Source: Chara braunii
Taxonomy: Eukaryota > Plantae > Charophyceae
Direction of reading: 5' to 3'
Assembly (NCBI GenBank): GCA_003427395.1
Contig: BFEA01000005.1
Span: 7,999,609-8,049,270, forward strand
Length of the DNA: 49,662 bases
The notes beneath the pieces were generated by a model. That model had not been told where the DNA came from. It searched no databases and saw nothing but the letters and a program-made list of their open reading frames with translations. Below are positions 1-11,939 of the stretch, piece after piece. Every line of letters starts with the position of its first letter. The stretch's first letter is position 1. The position numbers were made by a program, and so were the translations under genes.

Positions 1-21
1 GACACGCACACACGGACACGC

Positions 22-52
<31 letters not shown>
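1..52. repeat. (CA)n microsatellite
   Basis: Directly visible CA run. Confidence 0.9.
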
Positions 53-237
53 TGAAAGTCCGACCAAACAGTCTGGCACAGTCATTCTTTTCTTTTTGGA
101 GTCGGGTATAGCGAATATGACGACACATACATTTTCTGAGTGGGCGACGACGATAAAGAAGAAAATCACGACCAGGTAAATAACTATCCAAGGCAAAACA
201 GTGTAACACGTGACAATTATCAAGAGGCAATTATGCC

Positions 238-243
<6 letters not shown>

Positions 244-319
<76 letters not shown>
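244..319. repeat. (CT)n microsatellite
   Basis: Perfect CT run. It explains the SL/RE-repeat ORFs here. Confidence 0.97.
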
Positions 320-325
<6 letters not shown>

Positions 326-999
326 CGCATACAAGCATCCCTGCGTGTGCATGACAACAAAGAAGCGAGGAGCAGGCAGGGGAGAAGGCGTACAAGGTGA
401 GCCGCAAGGAGGAAGACGGAGGAATGGAGGAGGCTGAGAAGAATAGACAACGGCAGTGTCTGGAGTTGGAGAAGGCAGGAAGAGAGACAATGGAGGAGGA
501 AGATGAAGAGGTGGGGGGGGATAAGACAGCAAGGTGTAAAAGAGAAAGAAAGAGAAAACGTTGAAGAGGATGATTCACGAGAATGAAAGACGATTCACCC
601 TCTTGTCAAGATCGCTCACGTGGGGGCGTGCAGACTCGTGTATACGTGCAAATGCGCCACGTGTCTTTCTCCTCCGCTTCCTCTCCCTCTCTCTCACCCC
701 TTCTTCCTTTCAGTAGCTCGTTCTGCTACCTCGCCTTCTCGCGAAGCCTACCTAATCTGAGTTCTCAGCGTGCTCACAGTAGAATTATTTAGAATGTACC
801 TGACCGTAATTACGGCCGTGGTTGGATGTATTACGTCGAAAAGTCGGTGGAGAAGTCCTCGTGTGATTTTGTCCTCAGCCACCCTCTCTGCGGCAACCGC
901 CCAGAGGAGACCACTCATCGCACCACCTGCCCCCGTGTTTTTTGTTTTCCTTCTTTGTTTTTGTTTCTTCGCATCTTTTTTTTTCCACACCGCCGCCAC

Positions 1000-1747
1000 A
1001 TGTGATGCTCGGATGGTAAGGAAAGTGACATTCAGGAGGTCTTGGGTTCAATCCCCAATAGCCTCATGTACCTTCCTGGCCATGCTTGGCGTCCGCGGCC
1101 TACGTCGAGATAGGCCATTGGTCCCCGCGAGCGGCATTGAGCAGGGACCGGAGGGGAGGCATAGCGACTGGCCCATCTAAGAACCTATCTAAGGAGCTCG
1201 GTCCTGATGCTACAGGCTGACTCCTGCAGGTCGGGTGCAGTCCTCGGAGGTTTGAATTCGGGCAGGCTGCCAGAGGGTTCCCTGTACTGATACAATGAAA
1301 TGATAATAAAAAGGGATGATTTGCACAATACCCCCATAAGTTGGGATATATGCCAAAATGCCCCTGAAAGATGTGGGTAGAGCGGAATGCCCTTTTGGGC
1401 CGAAATCTTTGTGTTGTGCCCTGCCAGGCGGGTGTGCAACTTTGCAATCTGGACCTCCCCGTTTGGGCCTTGGCCTTTTGCAATAGCGCCTAGGAAAAGC
1501 TTACAAGTACTGGGGCATTTTACAACCGTGGGCGGTACCCAGTAGGGGTATATTGCAAAGATTGGGGTCCAACCGACGCTAGGAGTATTTCACAACATAT
1601 ATTTTCTGTCAGAGGGGTATTCTGCACTACGTACATCTTTTAGGGGCATTTTGGCATCTATCTCAACTTATGGGGGTATTTTGCAAATTATCCCTAATAA
1701 AAAAAGGCCTCCCTGTTATATCCGACGTGTGGTTGAAATTGTTGGGC
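1000..1747 (+). mobile_element. tRNA-derived SINE-like element, copy 1 (interrupted by a MITE at 1313-1694)
   Basis: A-box-like GCTCGGATGGTAAG (~1007-1020) and B-box GGGTTCAATCCC (1044-1055). The body is colinear with 2660-3095, and similarity resumes after the MITE (AAGGCCTCCCTGT...TGTTGGGC vs AAGGCCATCCTGT...GGTTGGGC). Confidence 0.7.
1313..1694. mobile_element. Mutator-like (MULE) foldback MITE
   Basis: TIRs of at least 80 bp (GGGATGATTTGCACAATACCCCCATAAGTTG... / ...CAACTTATGGGGGTATTTTGCAAATTATCCC). Perfect 9-bp TSD TAATAAAAA at 1304-1312 and 1695-1703. Confidence 0.9.
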
Positions 1748-2113
1748 GTGCCCCTATGACAGCCGTGAAACTTTGCCAAATACCCCATTCGCCAATTGGA
1801 CGTACTGTCTTATACCCCTGACGGGTGGTGTGAAACTTGTCCATATGCCCCCGTACTTCTGGCCGTTGGACCCTTCAGGGGTATCTCACTTCTAGGGCAG
1901 ATGGCAAAAGAAATGCATGGGCACCTCCACTCCGCCGCCAGGGCATATGAAGAAGTTGCACGGGGCCAGGACATGGGCATATGCAGGAGCTCGGGGTATT
2001 TCATCGTACCCCTGTATTTGAGCAGTATTTGCCTGAATACCCCAACTTTTAGGGGCACCATTGTTCCCAAAAAAAGAAAAGAAGGGGAGAGTTGTTTCTG
2101 CACCTTGTTCTAA

Positions 2114-2641
2114 GGGCATGCTCACACTAGGTACCCAAATTCCCAAAAAAATGGGAAAATGGGAACGGCCGTTTTGAGGAAATGTGGCCCTGGCCGGTCA
2201 CACTGTGTTCCCAACACGCTAAAGACAAGGTCGCGACATCGCTCTCTGCGAGGTGCTTGTGGAGGGCGCCGGTCACACGGTGGTACCTCAAATGGGAAAT
2301 GCATTTGTTCAGTTTTTACAATCTGTTTTTTCCTTTTTTTTTTTTTGGGTNNNNNNNNNNNNNNNNNNNNNNNNNNNNNNNNNNNNNNNNNNNNNNNNNN
2401 NNNNNNNNNNNNNNNNNNNNNNNNNNNNNNNNNNNNNNNNNNNNNNNNNNNNNNNNNNNNNNNNNNNNNNNNNNNNNNNNNNNNNNNNNNNNNNNNNNNN
2501 NNNNNNNNNNNNNNNNNNNNNNNNNNNNNNNNNNNNNNNNNNNNNNNNNNNNNNNNNNNNNNNNNNNNNNNNNNNNNNNNNNNNNNNNNNNNNNNNNNNN
2601 NNNNNNNNNNNNNNNNNNNNNNNNNGTGTGTGAGTGTGCTC
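2114..2641. mobile_element. PIF/Harbinger (Tourist-like) MITE spanning an assembly gap
   Basis: TAA|GGGCATGCTCACAC ... GTGTGAGTGTGCTC|TAA: an imperfect 14-bp TIR with a TAA TSD. The middle is an N-gap, so the length is uncertain. Confidence 0.65.
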
Positions 2642-2659
2642 TAAGATGGGAATTCTATC

Positions 2660-3095
2660 CACCGGCCGCTCAGTTGGTAAGGCACGCAAGTGGCATTCAG
2701 GTCTTGGGTTCAATCCGCATTGGCCTCATGTACTTTCCTGGGCAAGATTGGTGCCCGCCACCTAGAGATAGGCCTTTGGTCCCCTCGAGTGGCATTCATC
2801 AGACTGCTGACGTTGTTCATAGGGGGAGGGGACTGGAGGGAAGGCACAGCGACCGGCCCATCGTAGAAGCTCAGTCCTGATGCTACCGGTTGACCCCTGG
2901 CCGGTATCGCCCACCTGCTGTAGCAAGTACCGCACCTGCTGGTGGGTGCAGCTCCCCCATGTTCCGTCGTTGGAGGCTTGAGCACGGATGTGGCTGCTTC
3001 GGGGTTCCCCGTAGTACTAAAATGACAATAAAAATGGTGTGAAAGACTGAAAGGCCATCCTGTCCAGATTCGGAAGGTAATTGAATTGGTTGGGC
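2660..3095 (+). mobile_element. tRNA-derived SINE-like element, copy 2
   Basis: A-box-like GCTCAGTTGGTAAG (2668-2681) and B-box GGGTTCAATCC (2706-2716). Colinear with copy 1 but with two internal insertions. A-rich segment near 3018-3034. Confidence 0.7.
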
Positions 3096-3331
3096 TTTAA
3101 TTGAGATTTTTAAAATTTTTATTTAATATTTTTCGTGGAAAGATTACAACAAAATCTGCGAATACTTCAATTTTCAGATTTTTTCACACATTCCTCTGAG
3201 CACAAAAACTCACTAGAAATTGAGTACTTTTTTTGTTGGCCCACACATGGCTGCATGGCAAAGATGGAAAATGCACCAAATTGGCGCGACAATTATTTTG
3301 CAGCCTTAATGACTTTTAAAAAAAATTCCTA

Positions 3332-3615
3332 GGCTACCTGCTGGGCCGCCCGGGTCACCCTATTTTTCTGGACGGCCCAGCCGTGCCAAGCCCAGGGAAG
3401 GCCCTAGCAAAAAAAAAAGAAAAAAGAAAAAAATCCGGGAAAAAACTATGTTAATAATGTTATGCAAAAAAACAAACTGCACAACTTTTGCCTCAGGGTC
3501 ACATCGAAATTCTTTACCAAACTTAAAAATAAATAAATAACAATAATATATATTTTTATTATTATTATTATTTTTGGCTCAACCGGGCAACTGGCCCCGG
3601 GCCACTCTGGTAGCC
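3332..3615 (+). mobile_element. ~280-bp MITE with GGCTAC...GTAGCC ends, copy 1
   Basis: Inverted termini (TA)GGCTACC / GGTAGCC(TA). Full-length homolog at 36337-36614 and a shared core at ~40710-40860. Confidence 0.75.
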
Positions 3616-3999
3616 TAGAATTTTTTGGATAATTTTCCTAGAAAGACCACGACCTAATCTACAGTAGAGTATTCTGCTAATCCGTATAAGCACGAAAAAT
3701 CCCTGAAGTTGCCTCTCGCAAATTGAGCGACTGGACCCACATGTACCCCTTTTATGGATCACATTGTAGCACAGACCGGTCCTCCGATTTTGCTACCGTG
3801 CCACTTCTCTGCGCAATAGTTGTAGATCGCCCACACAAATGTAATATATCCTCTGACAAATTACCCCCCCCCCCGACGCCCCTTTATGCACCGGTCGCCC
3901 ACCACCCAATAATGTGGCACCTTGACACGAACGCCAAAGCCTATTAACTACCACGGGGACGGGGGGAATGCAACCCTAAGGGCCTTCATTTTTTTTTTT

Positions 4000-4002
<3 letters not shown>

Positions 4003-4050
<48 letters not shown>
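4003..4050. repeat. (AG)n microsatellite
   Basis: Perfect AG run. Confidence 0.95.
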
Positions 4051-4051
<1 letters not shown>

Positions 4052-4888
4052 ATCATGACGTTCCGCTTATTTGGGGATCAGTGACCCACGCTACGAATGA
4101 CCTGGCACCTGCACTTCACTCAAGGACCCATTGCGAAACCCGCCTCCTCCAGATGTTCAACAAGTAACTGTTTATCTCTGTTGGCTCTCTCTGACTACTC
4201 CAGCTCCGCCACCCCTCCCCCTGCTCCTGCTCCGTTGTTGCCCTCGTAGATATTGTTAACCTCCCTCCTCCCTCATCACCCATTCCACAACCCCTACCCT
4301 TTCCCCTCCCTCTCATCCTCCCTCCCCCCCTGCTGATTTACTCTATCCACTCGAGTGACCTTTCCCACCCTTACGTGTTGGGTCAAGTTCCGCAAGTGCG
4401 AAACTGCGTCAATTTGCGACAAAGGCGGCGGCGGCGAAGAAGAAGGGTTGCTACCCCACTTGCTGCACATGATCACGTCCTCTCGACACAACTCCTTTTT
4501 CTGCCCAAATTGTTTTTTTTTTTAANNNNNNNNNNNNNNNNNNNNNNNNNNNNNNNNNNNNNNNNNNNNNNNNNNNNNNNNNNNNNNNNNNNNNNNNNNN
4601 NNNNNNNNNNNNNNNNNNNNNNNNNNNNNNNNNNNNNNNNNNNNNNNNNNNNNNNNNNNNNNNNNNNNNNNNNNNNNNNNNNNNNNNNNNNNNNNNNNNN
4701 NNNNNNNNNNNNNNNNNNNNNNNNNNNNNNNNNNNNNNNNNAAAGAGACATGCGGCTTTTGTGTTGCAAACACAACCTGAGATGCTCGAGCCCGCCATAT
4801 CGATGCCTTAGGGTTGCGAATTGTGAGTCTAACCTAATTAACCAAAGCTATAAGGCTAAGTGCAAATTGGCCAAGCAGTTTTGGCTGA

Positions 4889-4971
<83 letters not shown>

Positions 4972-4990
4972 CAAAGAGACAGAGAGAGGA
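4889..4990. repeat. (AG)n microsatellite
   Basis: AG run with degenerate ends. Confidence 0.95.
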
Positions 4991-5335
4991 CGGGGGAGGG
5001 GGGGAGGGGGGGGAGAATAATAAAAATAAAAAATTGCTCAATTTGTCGCCTCTGACTCTGGGAACGAGGCTCCTACTTCCAAGGCTTGGAACGAGGTCAA
5101 GGGGTTTGACTTCGACAACCGTCACAGACCTTAACGTCCAACTATAAAAATTTAGCAAACAAATTAAAAAGGGGATCTCTCTTTTTTTCTCTTAGTTCAA
5201 ATCTGCTCAACCCTCGCACATTATCCAAAATGAACTGCGCGAATACAAAATGTAAATATAGTGGGACTATTGGGCACAAGACGATCGCTCTCACAATCAG
5301 AGTGTGACTTCCCTTGAAACATAGAGATTTCGATG

Positions 5336-6290
5336 CATCTCCAGGATCGATATATCCGCCACACAAATAGAAGGTTTCGTAGTACATATTGTGTAGAGGA
5401 TAGATCCGCTCCAGAGATGTAGATGCGGCTCAGAGGTCCCGCTTTAAGGTCTCAAAGGAGGATCTATCCGGCCCACACGTTAATTGTCGCACACGTGAAC
5501 ACTTTCTGTGGTCTTTGGGCGGGATCAATCCTCCACAAAACTGGAAGGTTTCAATGCACGCATTGTGGGGATGATAGTCCGCTCCACAAAATGTGTGGAG
5601 GATAAATCCGCTTCAGAGATGTGGTCTTCTTCACTCTGGGGCGGATCTATCCTCCACACAACTGGAACGCGTTGCCGCATAGCTACAAAGAGGCCATGAA
5701 CAACGGGATTGGAACAAATTGTGTGAGGGATAAATCCGGTCCAGAGATATGGACGCCCTATGATGCACAAATTGTGAGGAGGATAAATGCGCCCTAGAGA
5801 TCTGGACGCGTCTCCGGGTAGGTGATATCTGTCACACAAATGAAAGGTTTCACTGCACACATTGTGTGGAGGATGATGTCGGAGCGCTATGATGTACACA
5901 TTGTGTGGAGGATAGGTCCGCCTCAGATATTTGGGCGCGTCTCCGAGATCGATATATCCCCCACACAAATGGAAGGTTTCGCTGCACACATTGTGTGGAG
6001 GATAGATCCGCTCCAGAGATGTAGACGCGGCTCTGTGGTCGCGCTTTAAGGCCTCAAAGGAGGATCTATCTGCCCCACACGTTGACTGTCGCAAACCCGA
6101 ATCGTTTTTCCAGTCTCTAGGGTGGATCTATCCTCCACACAACTGAAAGTTTTCGCTGCACACATTGTGGGGATGATAGATCCGCTTCACAGATTGTGTG
6201 GAGGATAGATCCGCTTCAGAGATGATGTCTTCGTAACTCTGGGGCAGATCTATCCTCCACACAACTGGAACGATGTTGGTGCATAGCTAT
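5336..6290. repeat. Complex repeat of TGTGTGGAGGATAGATCC / GGATCTATCCTCCACACA motifs with a ~350-bp direct duplication (period ~600 bp)
   Basis: 5336-5685 is colinear with 5938-6288. The motif occurs many times in alternating orientation. Confidence 0.85.
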
Positions 6291-6293
6291 TAG

Positions 6294-6427
6294 GGTTCGA
6301 TGAACAACCAGATAGGTTCGATGCACAACAAAAGGGGTTCATTGCACGAATGGAAGAGTTAGATACACAACTTGAAAGGTTCCACAGATAACGACAATGG
6401 TTCGGAGCACAAGAAGAAGGGTTCGGT
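6294..6427. repeat. 21-bp degenerate minisatellite (GGTTCGATGCACAAC...)
   Basis: GGTTC recurs at 21-bp spacing for about 6-7 units. Confidence 0.65.
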
Positions 6428-6759
6428 AATTAATAAGGATGGTCTGGCTGCTTAAACGAGACACGTGGACAATGTACTGAACAAGGTTTGATTCATGTTT
6501 CAACACTGGAACTTTCGATCATTGACGTTTCGATGACATCGGCCTACCATAACGGTTTCGTTTAGGGATGGGACTCGCTCTTCGTTCGTCGCCTTCACCT
6601 CACGTTGCCCTTCTTCGTCGCCTGCTATTCTCATCCCCCACGATCAACAGTCGAGCACTTTACGATCGTCGTTGATCTTCGTCGAACTCCCGAAAGACGG
6701 TTGATCGTGGCGAGCTTGTTCGTGTCACATCTCAATGAGGTGGCGATAGACCGACATTG

Positions 6760-7700
6760 GTCAATGGAGAGGATGGAGGGGATGCTGGAAGGGGACGGGA
6801 ATGGAGACGATGAAGACGATGAAGAGGGAAGATGGAAAAGGAAGGTAGAAAAAATGTTGCAAATGCTAAAAAAGGTAACGGAATTGCACGATGGAGAGGA
6901 TGAAGTAGATGGAGTGAGAACTTCAAGTTGAAGAAAGCGGACAACGAAGATGGAGAAGATGAAAGGAAGATGGAGAGAATTATGAAAAAGAAGATGGAGA
7001 AGGAAGATGGAGAAGAGGTCGAAAATTGATGAAAGAGATTATCCAAGAGGACGATGGAGAAAATGGAGAAGGAAGATGGAGGATGAACGAGCAGGGAGAC
7101 AGAGAAGATGAAGCAAAAAGACGGAGTAGATGGAGAAGGAAGATGAAGAAGATGGAGAAGATGAAGAAGATGGAGACGGAAGATGGAGAAGATGGAGAAG
7201 GAAGATTGAGAAGATGGAGAAGGAAGGTGGAGAAGAGGTCGGAAGTGATGGAAGGTGGGGAAGATGGAGAACGATGATGTAGAAGGAAGATGGAGAAGGA
7301 AGGTGGAGAAGAGGTCGAAAGTGATGGAAGAGATGATCAAAGAAGACGATGGAGAAGATGAAGAAGGAAGATGGAGGATGGACGAGTAGGGAGACGGAGA
7401 AGATGGAGCAGGAAGACGGAGTAGATGGAGAAGGAAGATGGAGAAGGAAGATGGACAAGGAAGATGGACAAGGAAGATTGAGAAGAGGTCAAAAGCGATG
7501 AAAAAGAGGGTCGAAGAGGACGATGGAGAAGATGGAGAAGGAAGATGGAGGATGGACGAGCAGGGAGACGGAGAAGATGAAGAAGATGGACAAGGAAGAT
7601 GTGGCGATGGAGACGGACGATGGAGATGGAAGATGAAGATGGAAGATGCATAAGATGAAGAAGGAAGATGATGAAAATGAAGAAGATAGAGACGGAAAGT
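6760..7700. repeat. Purine-rich low-complexity minisatellite (GATGGAGAAG / GAAGAT)
   Basis: Strongly G/A-biased strand with repeated GATGGAGAAGGAA units and higher-order duplications. Confidence 0.9.
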
Positions 7701-8779
7701 CGCGAACTTAACGACGCTCGCGGTTTGTCCAGGCGAACTTAACGGAGGGCGTGATGGCTGATCGTGTTAATGACGATCGCATGGCAGTTTTGTCCAGCAG
7801 CAGCATAGTGTCCCCGTATTCGCAAACGGGCCAGTTTCGACCAGTAGCAGCAGCGCGACGGTGATCAACAATGGCTGCGCGACGGGCCAGTTTCGTCCAG
7901 CAGCAGCGCAACATAGTCTCCCTGTATTCGCAAAATCAAAAATGCGAGTTGGCATCCAATCTATGAGTTCATACACGGCCGCGTGTGGGCGGGAAGTCTC
8001 CAAAATTTTGGCGCCAGCGCAAATTTTCGCTAAATGACAAAAGACCCTGGCGCTAAAGGCGTGCAAACTTTTAGACTAGTTCCTGCGGCGCTAGGGTCGC
8101 TCCAGTCCCAGACCCATCCGCGATAGAAGATCGCATCCTAGGTTCCCCGTCGTGGAAAGTCCAGAAATCACACGCCGACTAAACGACATCCCTTGATTGG
8201 ACGCTCGAGATTCATCGTCGGGAAGAAGCCCCACCACACAAGAAAAGATGACGCCATTGGGTTGTTGCCGCTCCGGTTTCTCGATGCGAAAAGGCGGCCC
8301 GCAAATCTTGCGGCGAAAAAACGAAATCCCTGCATCGGACGGTCCGAATTCGTCGCGGGGAGGAAGACCCACCATTTGTTTGCACCCGGTAACGTCGACC
8401 CAACATCCAGTTCGTCGGTTGGCGAGAGGGCATTCTTCAGCAACATGCAGATCTTTCACGTCATTATGCCGCGTCGTTGTTGGCAGTCATTTGCTAGCGC
8501 ACAGTCGAGGAGAGCTTCGCCTCGCAACGTTAAACCTCTTGTTGGCACGTTGTTGAGGAGAGTTTCACCATCGCAACAACAAGGTGAGCAACGTCCCTTT
8601 GTTGAAGCCCATTTCATTCGAATGACATCACCACGGCGCTTCGCAGATGGCCACGTCAAAAAACCTTCGTATGACGTCAGCCGCCATCTTGTCTTGAGCA
8701 CCACGGTCTCAAGAATACCATTCCTTCATGAACCGTCGCTGCACAATGGTCTCAAGGACTCTTTCACCCATGCCCAGTC

Positions 8780-9150
8780 TCAAGAACTTGTCCTTGTTTG
8801 GTAAGAACCTCGTTCCCGAGCAGCAAAGAACCTATCCTTGTTCGGTAACGAACACCATCCCCGACCAGTAACGAACACCATCCCCGGGTAGCAAGAAAGA
8901 TGGATCATCCCCATTCGAGCACAAAGTACTCGTCCTTAGTCGAGAATGTGTCCTTGTTCGGTGATGACAACCATACACGGGCATCTAGAAAGATGAATCA
9001 TCCCAGTTCGAACACGAAGTACTCGTCCTTAGACGAAAACCTGTCCTTGTTCAGTGACAAGAATCATCCACGGGCAACAAGAAACATCGATTATCCGCAT
9101 TCTAATACGAACACTTCTTCCTTGGTCGACAACCTGTCATTGTTCGGATG
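8780..9150. repeat. ~93-bp tandem repeat (about 3 units plus degenerate subunits)
   Basis: TGTCCTTGTTC recurs at 93-bp spacing and gives the 31-aa repeat in ORF 8900..9373. Confidence 0.7.
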
Positions 9151-9429
9151 CCATCCTTGGATGGAGTCGAATGTCATTGGCACTGGGAGTGTCTCCCAAA
9201 ACATCTGCACAACCCCTCGATCTCACCCACACAAGCGTCTGTGCGCAACCCCATCGACGGTTGAATCTAACGCCATCTTCGGATCATATCGAACGCCATC
9301 GACACTTGGAGAACCTCCCAAAACCTGTGAACAACCTCTCGATCCAACACACAAAAGGATGTTGTGCAGATGATTTATCCTCCCCATACCAGCACATGAC
9401 CGCCACAATCATATTGAAATATATGCATT

Positions 9430-11530
9430 ACAGGGCGAACAAAGGAACAAAACCTGCATAGCGAATACATCTACCACACAGACAGAGAGTGTTAGACGTA
9501 CTGACACATGCTCAGGATAGGATCTATCCCCCTTACGACACTTCAGCAAGGAGGTGTGCAGTGGACAAGCCAGCCGCACAACGACACCCGTCTATGTGGC
9601 GGATGTATCCGCTATACAGGTATTGTCCCTTCCTTGCGTGTGCCCCAAACCTCTGAAATTCTCTGACTGTTCGGCGGATGTATCCACTACACAGCTACTG
9701 TCCTTTTCCCGGCCGTGCAATACAGAGAAACGGATATTATAGCGGAGGGGGAACAAAGGGACAAAACCTGTATAGCGGATACATCTATCACACAGACAGA
9801 GATTGTTAACACTATTGGCACATGCTCAGGATAGTATCTATCCGCCCCACAACACTTCGGCAAATAGCTCCTCCTTGGCAAGCCAGCCGCACAATAACGC
9901 GTTTACTACAATGCTCGAACTATTTGTCTATATAGAGGATTTATCCGCTACATAAGTATTGTCCCTTCCTTGCCTGTGCCTCGAACCTCTGAAACTCTCT
10001 GACTGTGCAGCGGATGTATCCGCTACACGGGTATTGTCCCTTTCCCGACCGTGCAATATATACAAGCCGAAATTATAGCGGCGGGGGAACCAAGTGACAA
10101 AACTTGTATAGCGGATACATCCGCCACACAGGTAGAGAGTGTTAAAAGCACGTGCTCATGATATGATGTATCTGCCCCACAACACTTCGACAGGGAGATG
10201 TGTAGTGGACAAGCCATCCACACAATGGCACCGGTCACCGAATAGACCGAAGCGTTGACTACAGAGCCCAAACTCTCTGTCTGTGTGGCAAATGTATCCG
10301 CCATACAGGTATTGTCCCTTCCTTGCGTGTGCCCCGAACAACTCAAACTCTCTGATTGTGCGGCGGATGTATCCGATACACATGTATTGTCCCTCTCCCG
10401 ACCGTGCAATACATTGAAGCCGATATTTTAGCGGCGGGGATATGTTCTGACTGTGTGGCGAATCTATCCACTGCACAGGAATTCTCTCTTTCTCGGTCAT
10501 ACAATACACAGAAGCCGATATGATAGCTGTGGGGATATGTTGGTAAGTGCTATGTGTTATTCTCATCCCGCAAAGTGTTGTGAGGCGGCGAGCATTTGGG
10601 AATCGTTGGAGATACTAAGACATAGGCAAAAACAAACAATACCTTGTATAGCAGATACATCCGCCACACAGACAGAGAGTTACGACACAACAGTCAATGG
10701 GTCTCTTTTGTGGTCGGCCTCATTGTGCGGGTGGCGTATCGATTGCACACCTTCTGCAGAAGTGTTATAAAAAAGGCTAGCGTAACCATTGCACACCCCC
10801 TTGTCGAAGTGTTGTGCGGCGTTTAGATCCTACCTTGAGCATGTACCAATCGCTCCAGACGTTGTCTCTGTGTGTGGCGGATTTATCCGCTATACAATTA
10901 TTGTCACTTTTTGCCCCTGCACCACACATAATGCAATACTATAGCGGCGGTCATGTGCCGAACCTGCCGGTTAGTAGCTCGGGGAGGATCGATCCTCAAC
11001 ACAACAAGCAGACTGTTTGTTAGAACCTTATAAGTATTATGCGGCAACACGGTACTTCGGCAAGGGGGTGTCCAATCGATAATCCAGCCGCACAATGAGG
11101 TCGGCCACCGAAGAGGCCGGCGAGGTGACTATTGCACCCCAACTCTCTGTCTGTGTGGCGGATGTATCCGCTAGACAGTGTATTGACCCTTCTATTGCCC
11201 CTTCTTGATTGTGTCTCAGTGTCTGCAGCGATGGTCAAATGCTCAGGGTGCATAACACTTCGACAAGGGGTGTGCAATCGATAAGCCAACCGCACAATGA
11301 GGTTGGCCACTGAAACATCCGACGAGTTGACTATTGTGCCCAAACTCTTTGTCTGTGTCACGGATGTATCCGCTACACAACATACTGTCCCTTTTTCCGC
11401 CTCACAAGACTTCGCGGGACGAGAGTAGAGAATAGCACTTCGGCAAGGGGTGTGCAATCGATAAGCCAGCCGCACAATGAGGTTGGCCACCGAAACGTCT
11501 GACGAATTAACTACTGTGTTACACAACGTA
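9430..11530. repeat. Complex tandem repeat, ~310-340-bp units with GCGGATGTATCCGC dyads; the later part is in inverted orientation
   Basis: Units beginning ACAAAACCTGTATAGCGGATACATC at ~9447, 9761, 10097 and 10640. Reverse-oriented subunits (CTCTGTCTGTGTGGCGGATGTATCCGCTA) lie in 10860-11400. Confidence 0.8.
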
Positions 11531-11579
11531 TTGTCTCTTTTTGCCTGTGCCCCGATCATCTGAAACCCAGAAACTTTCT

Positions 11580-11930
11580 GTGTGTTGATGTCGGTTGTCA
11601 ATTCCGACTGTGCCTGTCGACCTAGAGTTGTCGTCCCTTTCCGTTATGTGATAATGTTAACACAAAACTCCCTGCATAGGTGTAAAGGGCTCTCCCGAAA
11701 TTCATCCACTGACTGATTGTCACGTCCCGAGGGTGGTCCCCACAACTGCCTGATTCGCGAGTCCGTTATCCGGTGTCTATTGACAGGCTGCTTTTCGAAT
11801 GCCTCGCGACCGAGCGCAATGGTTAAATGACTGTGTATTCCTGTGGGGAGGATGTATCCTCTTCTGGGTTTTCGACGTCTGGAAAGCTGCACCTTTGGAG
11901 TCGGTCGGCAGTGTCGACTATGCCTGTCTA
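11580..11930. repeat. Repeat unit homologous to 19085-19620
   Basis: Both regions share GTCGACCTAGAGT...GTCCCTTT and TATTCCTGTGRGGAGGATGTATCCTC...CTGGAAA.CTGCAC. Confidence 0.75.
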
Positions 11931-11939
11931 CAACATATC

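Noticed and set aside
140-578. ORFs with SLSL/RERE runs (also at 3922, 4856-5158, 36606, 38640-39037, 40148-40509, 48233-48938)
   Set aside because: They are translations of dinucleotide microsatellites.
1007-1060. Functional tRNA gene (also 2665-2720)
   Set aside because: A and B boxes are present, but I cannot build a full cloverleaf, and the sequence continues into a shared repeat body, so it is treated as a SINE head.
1090-1300. HDV-like or hammerhead ribozyme in the SINE body
   Set aside because: GGTCCC..GGGACC and CTGATG are suggestive, but the required cores (nested pseudoknot; CTGATGA plus GAAA with flanking stems) are not present in both copies.
2159-5055. Long ORFs containing X runs (also 13584-14240)
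   Set aside because: They are open only because they cross N-gaps.
6605-7653. Acidic or Ser/His-rich protein gene
   Set aside because: Low-complexity GA repeat with short ORFs in all frames and no domain signal.
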